From assembly GCF_001447785.1 (NCBI RefSeq), contig NW_015161414.1:30768-94767 (forward strand): DNA of 64,000 nt. Direction: 5' to 3'. The notes below the pieces were generated by a model that searched no databases, was not told where the DNA came from, and was given only the letters and a program-made list of their open reading frames with translations. Position numbers and translations under genes: made by a program. The DNA comes from Gekko japonicus (lineage: Eukaryota). Below are positions 50,425-63,158 of this stretch, piece after piece (the stretch's first letter is position 1; each line of letters opens with the position of its first letter).

Positions 50425-50996
50425 TTAGGACATTGCAGAGCTGGAGAAATACAGAAAAGGGCAACTAAGATGCTTACGGGGTTCAAGCACTTTCCCTATG
50501 ATGAAAGGCTGATGAGTCTGAGACGTTTCAATTTAGAAAAAAGATGACTGAAGGGGTGGGACATGATAGAGATTTATAGAATTATGCATAGGGTGGAGAG
50601 AGCTGACAAAGAAAATTTTCTCCCTCTCCCACAGTCCTAGAACGTGAGGGCGTCCAGTGAAGCAGATGGGTAGTAGATTCTGAATGGACAAAAGCAAATA
50701 CTTCTTTACACAGAAAGTTATTAAAATGTGAAATTTACTGCCAGAAGATGTACTGATGGTCACAGGTATAGATAGCTTTAAAAGAGGATTAGATTCATGG
50801 AGGAAAGGTCTGTCAGTGTCTACTAGCCATGGTGACTGAGAGGAATTTCCATGTTCAGAGGCAGTCAACCTCTGAATCCCAGTGCCAGGAGGCAACATCA
50901 GGATAAGGTCTTGGCCTTTATTCCCTGCTGTTGGCCCTCCAGAGGAACTAGTTGACCACTGGTCTGATCCAGCAAGGCTCATCTTATGTTCTTATG
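50425..50996 (+). mobile_element. CR1 LINE 3' fragment
   Basis: cagaaaagggcaactaagatg..., tail tcttatgttcttatg. Confidence 0.88.
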
Positions 50997-51104
50997 AGTG
51001 CCTGAGAAGATTTTTTTGTCCAACAAAGAAAATGGTGTTTCTTCATAAGCAGGAGACATTTAAAATGAGTTCGTTTTGTGTTTGCTATGTATTTCCTTGC
51101 TTAG

Positions 51105-51297
51105 ATCTACCTTGTATATACAACAAAGAAATGGATTCAGAAGACCAGCACAGAAGAGTGATTTCCAAAGGCCTAACTCAGGAACCAGTACCAAACCACA
51201 GAGAAGTGGTTTGTCTCCTCCGGTAGAGAATGTAGTCTTTCCCACACCTTCCCATTCAGTGAAGAAGCTTGTGAAGCCATTCTTCTTCACAGTTGGG
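51105..51297 (+). CDS. PARL: PARL-family exon 2 (STLYIQQRNGFRRPAQK...PPVENVVFPTPSHSVKKLVKPFFFTVG)
   Basis: cttag acceptor, GTAATA donor; aligns to human IQQKCGFRK...PPVEETVFYPSP..LIKPLFFTVG. Confidence 0.9.
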
Positions 51298-51679
51298 GTA
51301 ATAATGCTTTCAGTGTGTTACATCATGTTAACAGCTATCCTCTGTCACTGACACAATCAGATTTATTAAGAGGAAATATATAATTATATACAGAACAGGG
51401 CTTCCTGGTCATACAGAGGTTGGATTTTGGCAGACAGAGCCAAATGGTGTACAAAGTAGTATTGTCATAATTATCCAGCCTATGGAAGGCACAGGACGCT
51501 TATACCAAACAGAGTCTGGCAGTTATGGAGGTTGTAGTTCACACTTAAAGGCCAGAACAACAGTTCAGTAAATAGAGAACTGTTGAGTGTTTTTGGTAAT
51601 ATGGATTATTTTTAGTTATGGGTGTACAGGTTGCACAACTGTCTCTGTGATTTTGTTTGTGCCATCTTGTGTGTTTGCA

Positions 51680-54600
51680 GATTTTATTCATTTATTTCAA
51701 TTTATATCCCGCCTTTGCCGGGGCAAACTGGCTCAAGGCGGCGTACACAGGTAAAATGTGGTAAAACAATAAATACAATAAAATTCACATAAACAACAAT
51801 TTACATAGAGTGCTAATAATACTGATAGCGGCGGTTACTATACATGGTCCGATGAAGAGAGGCAATATCCAACGATGACCCATAGGGCTGTAGTATGTTC
51901 AGTTTCCGATGTCTCATTCATCAGTGGCGGCTCCTATTCAAAGGACTGGTGGAAGAGCTCCATTTTACAGGCCCTGTGGAACTGTAAAAGGTCCCACAGG
52001 GCCCTGATGTCCTCCGGGAGCTCATTCTACCAGTGTAGGGCCACCACTGAAAAGGCACTGGCTCTTGTGATGACCAGTCTGGCATATTTCGAGCCAGGGA
52101 GAGTCAGGCGATTTTGTGACCCTGACCTCAGTGCTCTCTGGGGCACATATGGGGAAAGGCAGTCCCTCAGGTAGGCAAGCCCCCGACCATATTGGGCTTT
52201 AAAGATCAGAACCAGCACTTTGAAACGAATCCGGTATGTTATTGGCAGCTAGTGCAGTGCCTTCAGCACAGGCTGGATATGATCTCGTATGGAGAGACCC
52301 ATCACCAGCCTGGCTGCCGCATTTTGCATTAGCTGCAGCTTCCAGATTTGGGACAAGGGCAGCCCCATGTACAGAGCGTTGCAGTAGTCTAGTCTTGAGG
52401 TGACCATAGCGTGGATCAGTGTTGCCAGGTCACTGCGTTCGAGAAAGGGAACCAACTGCCTGATCAGCCGTAGGTGGTAAAAGGCTGACTTGGCAGTGGC
52501 TGCTACTTGGGCCTCCATTGTTAAGGCGGCATCCAGGAACACTCCCAAACTCCTGATCCTTGGCGCTGGCACCAATGGCATCCCATCGAAGGTCAGTAGT
52601 GGGATCCCTAACCCCGACCGACTCAGGCACAGGACCGCCATCTTCATTGGATTCAACTTCAGTCGGCTCAGTCTAAGCCAGCCCGTCATGTCTTGAAGTG
52701 CCCGCTCCAGGTCATCTGGGTTAGAGTCGGACTGACCGCCCAACAACAGATATAGCTGAGTTTCGTCTCCGAGCAATCTGGGCAAGGGGGCGCATGTAGA
52801 TGTTAAATAACATTGGGGATAACACTGCCTCTTGAGGAACCCCGCAAACTAGAGGATACCTCTGGGACATCTGTTCCCCTAACGCCGCCCTCTGTCCCCG
52901 ACCTTGGAGGAAGGAGACAAGCCATTGCAAGGCAAGCCCCTGAATCCCAGTCTTGGCGAGGCGGTGGATCAGTAACTGATGGTCGACCATGTCGAACGCC
53001 ACTGACAGGTCCAACAACAACAGTACCACCATACCGCCTTGATCCAGATGCCTCCGAAGGTCATCTGTGAGGACGACCAGTACTGTCTCTGTCCCATGGC
53101 CTGGCCAAAAGCCGGACTGGAATGGGTCTAGCATGGAAGGGTCATCCATAAAGCTCTGCAACTGAATCGCCGCCGCTCTCTCAAGTAATTTGCCCAAATA
53201 AGGCAAATTGGAGACCGGCCGATAGTTGGCCAATTCAACCGGGTCCAAGGATGATTTTTTCAAGAGAGGGCAGACCATCGCTTCCTTGAGTGCCCCTGGG
53301 TACAGTCCCTCAAGGAAGGACTTGTTGATAATATCCCTGAGAGCACCTAGCAACCCCTCACGGCCGGCTTTTATGAGCCATGAAGGGCACGGATCAAGGC
53401 AGCACGTGGTTGGGTGTACCGTTGAGAACAATCTGTCAACTTCCTCAAGGCTGAGTGGACTGAAATAATCCAGAATAGAACCAGAAGACGTGCATGGGGC
53501 CTTGAGTTCACTCACTGTCTCAATTGTGGCAGGGAGATCACGACGGAACAACAGGACTTTATCTGCAAAATAGCTTGCAAAAGCCTCACAGTCAATTTCC
53601 AATTCCCTAGCTTTTGGTCTGCTCTGTGGCAGCTCTATTAATGACCAAATAGTTCTAAACAGTTGTGCTGGGCGTGAGCTAGCAGCCGCGTAGAACTCTC
53701 TCTTCGTAGCTTTGACTGCCATCTCATAGGATCTCATAAACATCCTATAGGATGCTCTTGTTGCTTTGTCACGAGCGCGCCACCACCGTCTCTCTAATCG
53801 TCTGAGCCCTCATTTCATCAGCCACAGCTCCTCAGTAAACCAAGGAGACTGCTTAGAGCGAGGGTGCAGAGGGCGTCGGGGAGCGATCTTGTCGATGGCA
53901 GCTGAGAGTCAGCCATGCCAGTCCTCAATTAGCTCATCTAACGAGCCGCCAGGGAGCATAGGATCCCATAGAGGCATCTGAAGCCGCTGAGGGTCCATTT
54001 GGCTCCGCGGGCGAGCTAAAATGTGCTTGCCGCCCAAACAGGGTTGAGGTGCCACATTCACGTGGGCCTTCAGGTCATGGTGGTCCGACCATGGAACCGC
54101 CATAGCAGAAATCTGGTCCACTGTGACCCCCCACTGCAAAGATCAAATCAAGCGTGTGACCGGGTCTGTGAGTGGGGGCTGTTACATATTGTGAGAGTCC
54201 TAGTGCCGCCATGGACGACACCAGGTCCACCGCCTGTGAAGAGGCCGCATCATCGGCATGGACATTGAAGGCGCCCAGGACTATCAGTCTAGGGTACGCC
54301 AATGTCCAGCCAGACACAGCGTCAACCAGGGATGACAGGCCATCGGCCGGTGCATTGAGCGGTCGGTACAGTAACCAAATAGCCAAACTCTCCCCAGCTT
54401 CCCACACAAGACTCTATGCCTGTGAGCCTCAATGGTGGGAGCGCCCTGAAGGAGTAAGCCTCCCGTATGAACAAAGCTACTCCCCCCCCCGCCCCTTAGT
54501 CCGTGACTGGTGGAGGACGGAGAACCCAGGTGGAACCAATTGGGAGAGCGCTACAGTCTCTCCATCTTGCACCCAGGTCTCCATCATACAAGCCAGATCT

Positions 54601-54830
54601 GCATTTTGCTCCAGCAGGCATAAGACTGCGGTCTTATTATTTACACAACATCAGTGTTGGAGAGGGGTCGTTAATCCTAGCCCCGCTGGCTGCCTCCTTT
54701 GGGTTGGGGCGCAGGCTGGAAGGTGGCTGAGCTTCTCTGTTTCTCTGTCCCCTTCATTTTCCGCCTGGCCCCACCGCTGTACTTTCCCCTCCCCAAGAGC
54801 ACTGGTATACCCTGTCCCGTCATCGCCATT
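51680..54830 (-). mobile_element. L2 LINE, ~3.1 kb: endonuclease and RT, defective
   Basis: APE-like (LYRP..LGAFNVH..GHTLDL..WSDH) and RT (NYRPVSNLPYLGK..DPFQSGF..LDLSVAFD..GVPQ) blocks; frameshifts; the YADD region is deleted; L2 3' stem-loop and (TTTA) tail at ~51680-51750. Confidence 0.92.
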
Positions 54831-54903
54831 TGTTGATGGTCTTTGCATTTTAACTCTGTACTTACTGTCTTCTTACATACCTTGATTATAATTATATTTA
54901 TAG

Positions 54904-55044
54904 TTTTCAGGCTGTGCTTTCGGCTCAGCGGCTATTTGGCAATATGAAACTCTCAAAGCAAAGTTCCAGAAGTATTTTGAAAACACTCAAACAGAATGGT
55001 TGGATAGGATGAAACTACGTACAGGGCTGGAAGTCAGAAGAGAG
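54904..55044 (+). CDS. PARL: PARL-family exon 3 (FSGCAFGSAAIWQYETLKAKFQKYFENTQTEWLDRMKLRTGLEVRRE)
   Basis: 141 nt, tag acceptor, GTATGA donor; GCAFGSAAIWQYE motif. Confidence 0.93.
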
Positions 55045-55361
55045 GTATGAGGAACTTGTTCTGTATAATAACACAAATTTTGTTCTTGTTGTGAAACCAT
55101 ATTAAAACACAGGTGCTCTGTGCTAACTGGTAAATCAGTTTTTCATTGTTGTGGAATGAGTTCATTGACACTGTCTGCTATGTCTTAATATCCAAGAGCT
55201 TTGCAAGACACCTGAATTTTTTTTGTGAATCACAAAGAAAACAATTTTGCTTTTTGTATAATAATGTATTGTATAAAGGGTTCTAAAAATTGCATGGATA
55301 TTAAAATCATAAACAGAATGTTTATTTGACTTTTATAGCATTTTGTTTGCTGTATTTTGAT

Positions 55362-55520
55362 TAACAAAATTTGAGTCCAGTGGCACCTTTAGGACCAACA
55401 AAGTTTAATTCAAGATATGAGCTTTTGTGTGCACGCTTATGTCTTGACTAAAACTTTGTTCCCACTGGACTCAAGCTTTGTTCTTCTGCTTCAGACCAAC
55501 ATGGCTACCCACCTGTATCT
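55362..55520. mobile_element. Penelope pseudo-LTR-derived fold-back element
   Basis: gagtccagtggcac.. / ..ccactggactc with extension cttcagaccaacatggctacc. Confidence 0.7.
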
Positions 55521-57240
55521 GTATTTTGATGATTAGCAGTTTCCAGCATGGCTGTACAACTGTAATAGGGTGCTTTTATTTTTCCTGCCTTGGCAGGGTA
55601 CCTTGTGCAGTTTGTTTATTTATTTAGAAAATGTCTGTTCCACCTCCATGGAAGCTGCTGGAGATGGCTAACAAAATAAAGCATCATAAAAACACAACAC
55701 AAGTTGTTAACAATTTAAAACCTAGCCAGGACATAAAAACAGTATAAAGCATTAAGTGGCATAAAAAGATTCCTCAGTACTGAATTGATGTACAGGATCC
55801 AGAACTGGCAGGGTTTTTTAACCATCCCCTTAGCTTTTTATATCTTCAGAATGTTCCTGATTTTAAAAAATCAAAAAAGAAAACAATATTCTCTTGTTTT
55901 CAGTCGATGTGGGCACTTAATAACTTTTCTTTCTCTCTTTAGGCATTTGGAGATGCCTCAGTGACATTATTTATTCTCTTATAAACCCAAACTATATCAC
56001 AGCAGAATATTGCGTAGGTTGGAAAATTCTGATCACGGGCCAAATTGGTACATTTGATAGAGTTTGGCTTGATAGGAGATAAGATCATGTGGATCTCAAA
56101 TGTAAAAGAAAATAAGATATTTCTTTAAAATTCTTTGATCTCTGGGATGGAGTCTGTACTTATTTCAAAAGCCATGTACAAGGATTTAAGAGACAGCCAA
56201 CCAGGGTCTGTTGCCTTCAAGTGTGTGTGACTTTGACGAACAAGTACACAGGAAGCAAGAAATTACTCCATAGCAAATTAATCTCAAAAAGCATGGGGTT
56301 GCTCGGGTAGGGTTGCCATATCCCAGTCCCCCAAATCTGGATTGTTTAATGTGCATATTATGCAAATTGAGCATTTTTTGTTGGATGTCACCTGCTATTT
56401 GATTGCATCGTTTTACATTGTGTAATGTACTTTAAGCCTCAGTGCAAGAGATGGGCTATAGATAAATACTAGTTGTATTGTTTACCAGTTGCTCTGTCTC
56501 CACTTCTGGCATCTATCTCAAAGTTGGGGAAGGATCAAAAGAAACATCTTCTTACCTGTCTATGTGGTCATGCCAGGGTTTGCTCATGCTTTCTCCGTGG
56601 CCTAACTAGATCAGGAGGGGAGTTTGCCATTTGAGAGGGAAAATGAAGGTTTGGAGTTGCTACTCATAGGTTTACCTCAGACACCTGAAATACTAGACTC
56701 AATGGAAACTCACATGAGAAGGTTCTAGAAATAAATCATGAAAAGTCCATGAAGTAGAAAATCCAGGCAGAGCACAGAAATTGCTGCACATTGTCATATT
56801 GTAGCTTTGTCAGAAAGTATGGCTCTGACAAGCTTCCTTTTGAACCTGGGCATTTTTCTTCTTAGTTGGCACATGCAAGAGAGAAACAAAGCCGAATATT
56901 GTGGCTTCTCTTATATGTCAATTATTGCTATGATTTCCCTCATTGTCTGAAACAACAGAAATGACTAGATAATCAACAGAGAGCAACTGGTAGACTTACT
57001 TTTGTGCTTTAATAAACTAGAGAAGAACTATAGTGCAGTCATCCATTCAGGAAGAACATTTCTATATAGTTTTCTTTTGGGGAAAGTTTGGGATAAGAGT
57101 ATTATTTGTGTAATGCTTAAATGCTTCTGTATGTTGAAAACTGAATAGTACGTGGCACATACACGTGTGTGCGTGTTTAATCCCTTGATGTGCTGGATAA
57201 CTTGGGTGTCCAGATGATGCTTTTGCTCATTTTCTTTCAG

Positions 57241-57289
57241 ATTAACCTGTGGTGGAAGTCACTGAGTGAAGGGCAACGTGCTGTCTCAG
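57241..57289 (+). CDS. PARL: PARL-family exon 4 (INLWWKSLSEGQRAVS)
   Basis: 49 nt, tttcag acceptor, GTTTGT donor; homologous to INKWWNNLSDGQRTVT. Confidence 0.92.
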
Positions 57290-58468
57290 GTTTGTGTTAG
57301 CTTACAAGTATTAGACATTCTCGGGAAGAGAGATATGACAAACAGGTACAGTATGTCACTGGATGGCTGTTAAACCTAGGGCAGTCTTGCCTACCTACAT
57401 GTTTATTTTGCTTCTCTAGGTATTTACTTTGGCATTTATATGCTGCTTTTGTCTCTGCTATGACCCCAAAGCAGCTCCCCCACAAATAGAATTTCAGCAA
57501 ATATAAAAGGGAAACAAAAATATACAGCATGAATTCCAGGCTGGTCCTAGAACTGCTGGGGAGTTGATTCACAGCCATAAGCTGCAAGCCATGGGCTAAG
57601 AGACAAGACCAGGAGTCCTTTGGCTGCTGCTAAATGGCTTGTGCCTCTGACTTCGGCCAGACTTTTATTACCTTCAGGCAGGAGGGGGAGCAGAAGCTCA
57701 GCTTTAATGTTATACAGGTTCCTAAACATTCCTGGCATCTATCCTCTTTAAGATAATATTATGGACACATTTTATTTCACCTGCTAATTTCTGTGTGGTA
57801 TGGTGGCATATTTGAGTCAGATTATTCCTGAAGGAGTATTACCTATCTGTTCAGATGGAATAAACCTGTCTTCTAGGGTACTTGTGTGGTTGTTGGTGCT
57901 GGAGTCAGTTGTGTACTTAGAAAGATGTGTGTATTACTTAGGATGCCACAAAGAATGTGCTTTATGCAGTTATTATATGTTTTTAATAAAGTCAGTAACT
58001 GAAAAAAATCAATATTTCAAGAAAAGTGTGATTACAGGATGTTTAAGACAGCCGATTTTTAGTTTTCCTCTTGTATTTTCTCAGCTGTTAGCTGGAAAAT
58101 TCAAGGCTTTATCACAATCATGACTCAAATCTTTAGTTTTGTGTTTAATTTCTTAAAACTCTTATAATACTGAAAATAATCAGGTGCTGTTCTTTTTGAT
58201 AAATTATGCGTAATGGTTTGCAAGAGACATAAATAAAATGTATTTCTTCATTTTGTGCATTTGGACATGAGAGCCTTAATAGAACAAAATGAAAGTGTAT
58301 TTAAAAAATTTATTGTATTCAGATATTCCTGCTTAAATGCATTTTTTAAAATAGTCATTTTATGGTGATTGTATTTACAAGAGCTTATTAATTCTTGCAC
58401 TATATATGTTGTAAAATGAATCCTTTTCCTGATTGTCTACTTTATCACTTTATCACTTAAATTTGTAG

Positions 58469-58564
58469 GCATTATAGCAGCAAATGTCTTAGTATTCTGC
58501 TTATGGCGGGTACCTGCTATGCAGCGGACAATGGTCACATATTTTACATCGAATCCAGCTTCTC
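58469..58564 (+). CDS. PARL: PARL-family exon 5 (GIIAANVLVFCLWRVPAMQRTMVTYFTSNPAS)
   Basis: 96 nt, AG/GT flanked, near-identical to human PARL. Confidence 0.95.
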
Positions 58565-58699
58565 GTAAGTGTAGTGTAATTATAGTGCATACACATTTTT
58601 GTAAATTGTGTTTTGTATTGGTTTTTGATTCACCCTTGCTTTGGCTGTATGATTTGGGGATTCAGTATCAAAGAAAGAGATTCAGCAATACACACAACT

Positions 58700-59070
58700 A
58701 GGGATGTGCATTCGGTTCGTCCAAACTGACTACACCCCCGAAAATGGCCCATTTGAGCCCCTTTCGGGCTGCTGTGGGCTGATTCAGATTCTCTGATCTG
58801 AATCTGCTTGCCGCCGAATTGCTGCCATTATATCCGCTGAATTGCCCCATTATATCCTATGGGCCATTGAAGTCAATGGCGAAAACATAGGGTATATTCT
58901 GGGGGCTGGAGGGGAGGGGGCTTGAGGGAGACGCTCCAGACTCGCAGGGTAGCTGCTGGAGCCTCTCCCCAAGATACCCACCAAGTTTCAAAAACATTGG
59001 ACCAGGGGGTCCAATTCTACCTATAAAATAGTACCTGCACGGAGATATTGGTATAAGACCATAAAAGAAG
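58700..59070. mobile_element. TAGGGATGTGCA-type hAT-like element, interrupted by CR1
   Basis: Terminal TAGGGATGTGCATTCGG; internal ccattgaagtcaatgg palindrome. Confidence 0.6.
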
Positions 59071-59071
59071 C

Positions 59072-60178
59072 CATGTTGGATCAGGCCAATGGCCCATCCA
59101 GTCCAACACTCTGTGTCACACAGTGGCCAAAAACCAGGTGCTATCAGCAGGTCCACCAGTGGGGCCAGAACCCCAGAAGCCCTCCCACTGTTGTCCCACA
59201 AGCACCAAGAAAGTTGGGTATCACTGGCCCAGACAAAATGTTCCATCTATATCTTGTGGCTAATAGCCACTGAGGGACCTCTGCTCCATATGTTTATGTA
59301 ATCCCCTCTTGAAGCTGTCTATACTTACAGCTGCCACCACTTCCTGTGGCAGTGAATTCCACATGTTAATTACTCTTTGGATGAAGAAATACTTCCTTTT
59401 ATCTGTTCTAAACCTACTGCTTATTAATTTCATTGAGTGCCCACGAGATCTTGTATTGAGAGAAAGGGAGAAAAGTACTTCTTTCTCTACCTTCTTTATC
59501 CCATTCATAATTTTGTAAACCTCTATCACGTCACCCATCAGTCACTGTTTCTCCAAGTTATGGAGCCCCAAGCGCTTTAACCTTTCTTCATATGGAAAAT
59601 GTTCCATCCCCTAATGATCATTTTAGTTGCCTTTTTCTGCACATTTTCCAATGCTGTAATATCTATTTTGAAGTGTGGTGACCAGAACTATACACAGTAT
59701 TCCAAATGAGGCTGCACCGTCAATTTATACAGGGGCATTATGATAATGGTTGATTTGTTTTCAATTTCCTTCCCAATAATCCCCAGCATAGCATTGGCCT
59801 TTTTTATTGCCATCGCACACTGAGTTGACATTTTCAGTGAGTTATCTACCATCAGTCAGTTTGGTGTAGTGGTTAAGTGTGTGGACTCTAATCTGGGAGA
59901 ACCAGATTTGATTTCCCACTCCTCCACTTACAGCTGCTGGATTACTTTGGACAAGCCATAGCTCTGTCAGAGCTGTCCTTGAAAGAGCAGTTCTCTCGGA
60001 GCTCTCTCAACCTCACCTACCTCACAGGGTGTCTGTTGTGGGGAGGGGAAGGGAAAGGAGTTTGTAAGCTGCTCTGAGACTCCAAGTGAAGGGCAGTCTC
60101 TTCTTCTTCATGACTCCAAGATCTCTCTCTTGGTTGGTCTCCACCAGTTCAGACCCCATCATCATGTATTTATAGTTA
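59072..60178 (-). mobile_element. CR1 LINE fragment with nested Squam3 SINE (59852-60109)
   Basis: GDVIEVYKIMNG...RGHSMKL..FRTDKRKYFF.QRVINMWNSLP. Confidence 0.9.
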
Positions 60179-61084
60179 CTGCCAGTTTAATGAATTGTCA
60201 AAATGAATATTTTATACATTTGAGACTGTTTCCTTGGCTTATGATGTATTGGCCAGGTTAGAATTGTGCATGTTAGGTATTCTTTTTTCACTTGAAAGTA
60301 TGGAACTCTTCTTCAATGAACAATTCTTCAGCTGAAAAGGCAGATGTGTTGGAGACCCATGGCTTCAAAACTGGATAGATTAGTTTCCATGTCTGTGAAA
60401 CACTGATTATCCAAACCTTTTTATGAGTTTGGACTCCTGGGTTCAGTCCCCAAAATACTGTGAAACAGATTCTAGTTCATATTTTAAAACAATAGTAAGA
60501 AGTTATCAGTCACAAGTAGCAGGATAGATTTTTTGAAGGAGGGATGGGTCATGATGACAGGTGCTTGTAAGGAAGATAAAGAAATGCCGCCTCCTTGTTT
60601 CTGCTTCTGAAGTGTAGCCAAGTATTTGAATTTTATGTGAGGGTTTTGGAAGAAATATAAGGAAGCTAATCCATCAGACTTTTAGTGGTCCATGTTCTTT
60701 CTAAAGAGTGTATGGTGTTATGGACAGTCAGTTAGTATGAAGCTTTTGAAACAATTTTTTTTTGTTTCTGTGCACACAATCAGACTCTCTTTACCCTAGG
60801 ATTACCCTAATTTTGCAGAAACATATGCCATAGCCCCTGCGTTTTTTGATCTGCACAGGAGGGTCACCAATTGCTATTAAATGCATGATTAAAAAAACTG
60901 ACACTCCACCCCTACTGTCATATAGGAGTTAGAATGCTGATCATATTTTATTTTAGATGGATAACACTGAATGGTTTTTGTGACACATGTACACTTTATC
61001 TTGTCAAGTTTTCTCCAACAGGTAAATTTATAAATTAAGAGTGAATATAGTATTAAAATGATCTGTTTCCCCCCTTTTACCTAG

Positions 61085-61234
61085 GAGTTTTGTGCTTTCC
61101 CATGGTGCTGTCTACCTTTAGCCATTTCTCATTTCTGCACATGGCAGCCAACATGTATGTTCTGTGGAGCTTTTCAACCAGTATAGTCTCTCTTCTGGGA
61201 CGTGAGCAGTTCATGGCAGTATATTTCTCTGCTG
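61085..61234 (+). CDS. PARL: PARL-family exon 6 ([49 protein letters not shown])
   Basis: 150 nt; rhomboid HxxxN motif (HMAAN); canonical splice sites. Confidence 0.96.
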
Positions 61235-61701
61235 GTAATAAACTCAGAAGCTTGGTTATATTTAGATGTTTAATTCTACCCTGCTACAAATTGCTTTAAA
61301 TGTGACTGATTTTTAGAAAGTACTTTGTATTGTGTCTTTGGGAGGGGCTGTGGCTTAGTGGCAGAATGCCTGTTTTGCATGGAGAAGCAAAGGAAGGGGA
61401 GCCTTGAAAGTCTATAACATGCTTTGAAGTCTCAGAATAAGGAGATAAGGGAAAGGAAAGCATTTACTCTTCATGCAACTTTGAGATATGCTTATCACCT
61501 TGTACATACATTCAAGTCAAGCATGTCTCTGGAGAGGTAGCTTATAAACTTTCTAAATAATCATCTGTTAAAAATTGTTCCTCCTTAGAATAGCTTTAGT
61601 TGGGTAAATGAGAGGGATGGCTAGTACAGAGGAAAGGAATATTCAAGATCCTCGGGTTCCTCAGTGATGCTGTGTTTCCTAACTATATTCTAATTTTCTA
61701 G

Positions 61702-61772
61702 GTGTTGTTTCCACATTTGTAAGTTATGTCTGCAAAGTAGCCACAGGGAGGTTTGGACCATCACTTGGAGCT
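61702..61772 (+). CDS. PARL: PARL-family exon 7 (GVVSTFVSYVCKVATGRFGPSLGA)
   Basis: 71 nt, ttctag acceptor, GTGAGT donor; encodes the GA half of the GASG motif. Confidence 0.95.
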
Positions 61773-62391
61773 GTGAGTTCCACTTCTGAATTCAAGTTAA
61801 TCTACCTGCTCTTCAGGAAGCATTTTGAGCATAGTGTGTTAAGCAGAAATAGGTATATTTGGGGGGAGCTGCCACAAGATACATTAATGAAATTTGGGGA
61901 CTTTTCTGTAAATTGAATCCCAGCATCAAAAAAAAAAAGGATAGATAAGCGTTAGTTTTTAAAGTGACTTCATTGTGATGTCCTTTCATTCCAGTATGCA
62001 CCTTTTAAGGTATTCACTAAAGGAATATTGTAGATAATTTAAAACTTGTGGTGCTTAGTTCTTTAGGTTTTGATCTTGCAGAAGTAGAACTGGTTAGGCC
62101 AGCTACATTGATGACCTAGACTTCCGCTATAAACTCTTACCTTGAATCAAGTTCCACTTGTTCGAATTACATATATTCATAGTAATTGTTACAGAGGGTT
62201 ACAGTTTTACTGTTTGACTGATCCTGTGTATGCTTAGTCTGAATTGTCCCACCAAGGTCAAGGGGATTTACTCCAAAACAAGGCTGTGGTACTGTGAAAA
62301 CCTAAGACTGAACTAAACTTGATGGGATTTACTAAGTAAAGTTGCATAGGATGAGGCTGCAAGGTGCATAGAGCTGTAGACTGAGTTGAGT

Positions 62392-62528
62392 TTAGAATCC
62401 AGTGGCACTTTTAAGACCAACAAAGATTTATTCAAGGTATACTTTGAATAAACCTTTGTTGGCTTTAAAGGTGCCACTGGATTCTAAATTTGTTCTACTG
62501 CTTCAAACCAACATGGCTGACCATCTGA
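62392..62528. mobile_element. Penelope pseudo-LTR-derived fold-back element, hammerhead part deleted
   Basis: Palindrome tttagaatccagtggcac..tttattcaa|ttgaataaa..gtgccactggattctaaa. Confidence 0.7.
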
Positions 62529-62616
62529 GTTGAGTTTGTTAGTGTTGCAAATAATTTGGATATGTTCTAACTGCTTTTGTAGTTTCCATGACAGTGTTTT
62601 GATAGTGCATACATTT

Positions 62617-62818
62617 CTGGTGGTGGTGGAAAGTGCCACAAGTTGCTGCTGACTTGTGGCGCCCTTGTAGGGTTTTAGGTGGTTGACCATTGCCTGCCTC
62701 TGCATCATAAGCCTTGTATGCATTGGTGGTCTTCCATCCAAATACTAACCAGGGCTTACCCTGCTTAGCTTTTAAGATCTGACCGGATCAGGCTAGCTCG
62801 GGCTATCCAGGTCAGGGC
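62617..62818 (-). mobile_element. 5S-derived SINE (5S-Sauria type)
   Basis: Reverse complement of a 5S-like head (ccatccaaatactaaccagggc..ccctgcttagct) plus RTE-type tail and (CCA)n; same family as 12820-13246. Confidence 0.85.
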
Positions 62819-63158
62819 AATTTCTGCCTGACCATTTTAGATCAAAGAAACTTTGTGTCTGAGTAAAGATACTGTGATTTCTTAAGCAATTTGGCTTAAA
62901 CCCTTTCATTGAAATAATTCATTTGAAACTTCTGTGGAAGGCTGCAGTGTTTGGGGACTTTAAAGCTAGTATACCTAGGCTCCTGCTGCATCCTTTCCCC
63001 ATCTTACATATGTTCTAACTTCTTGGACCTGGAATAGGAGTTGGTATATCTCTGTTCGAAAAATTAGAAGTTAATATACTTGTCTGAGGTTGTAAAGTAA
63101 TAGTATTAGGTCATGTGGTAATGCTCTTAATTTAACTTGTATTTTAATATAATTCTAG

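Noticed and set aside
54172-54885. 237-aa plus-strand ORF in PARL intron 2
   Set aside because: Antisense to the L2 endonuclease region.
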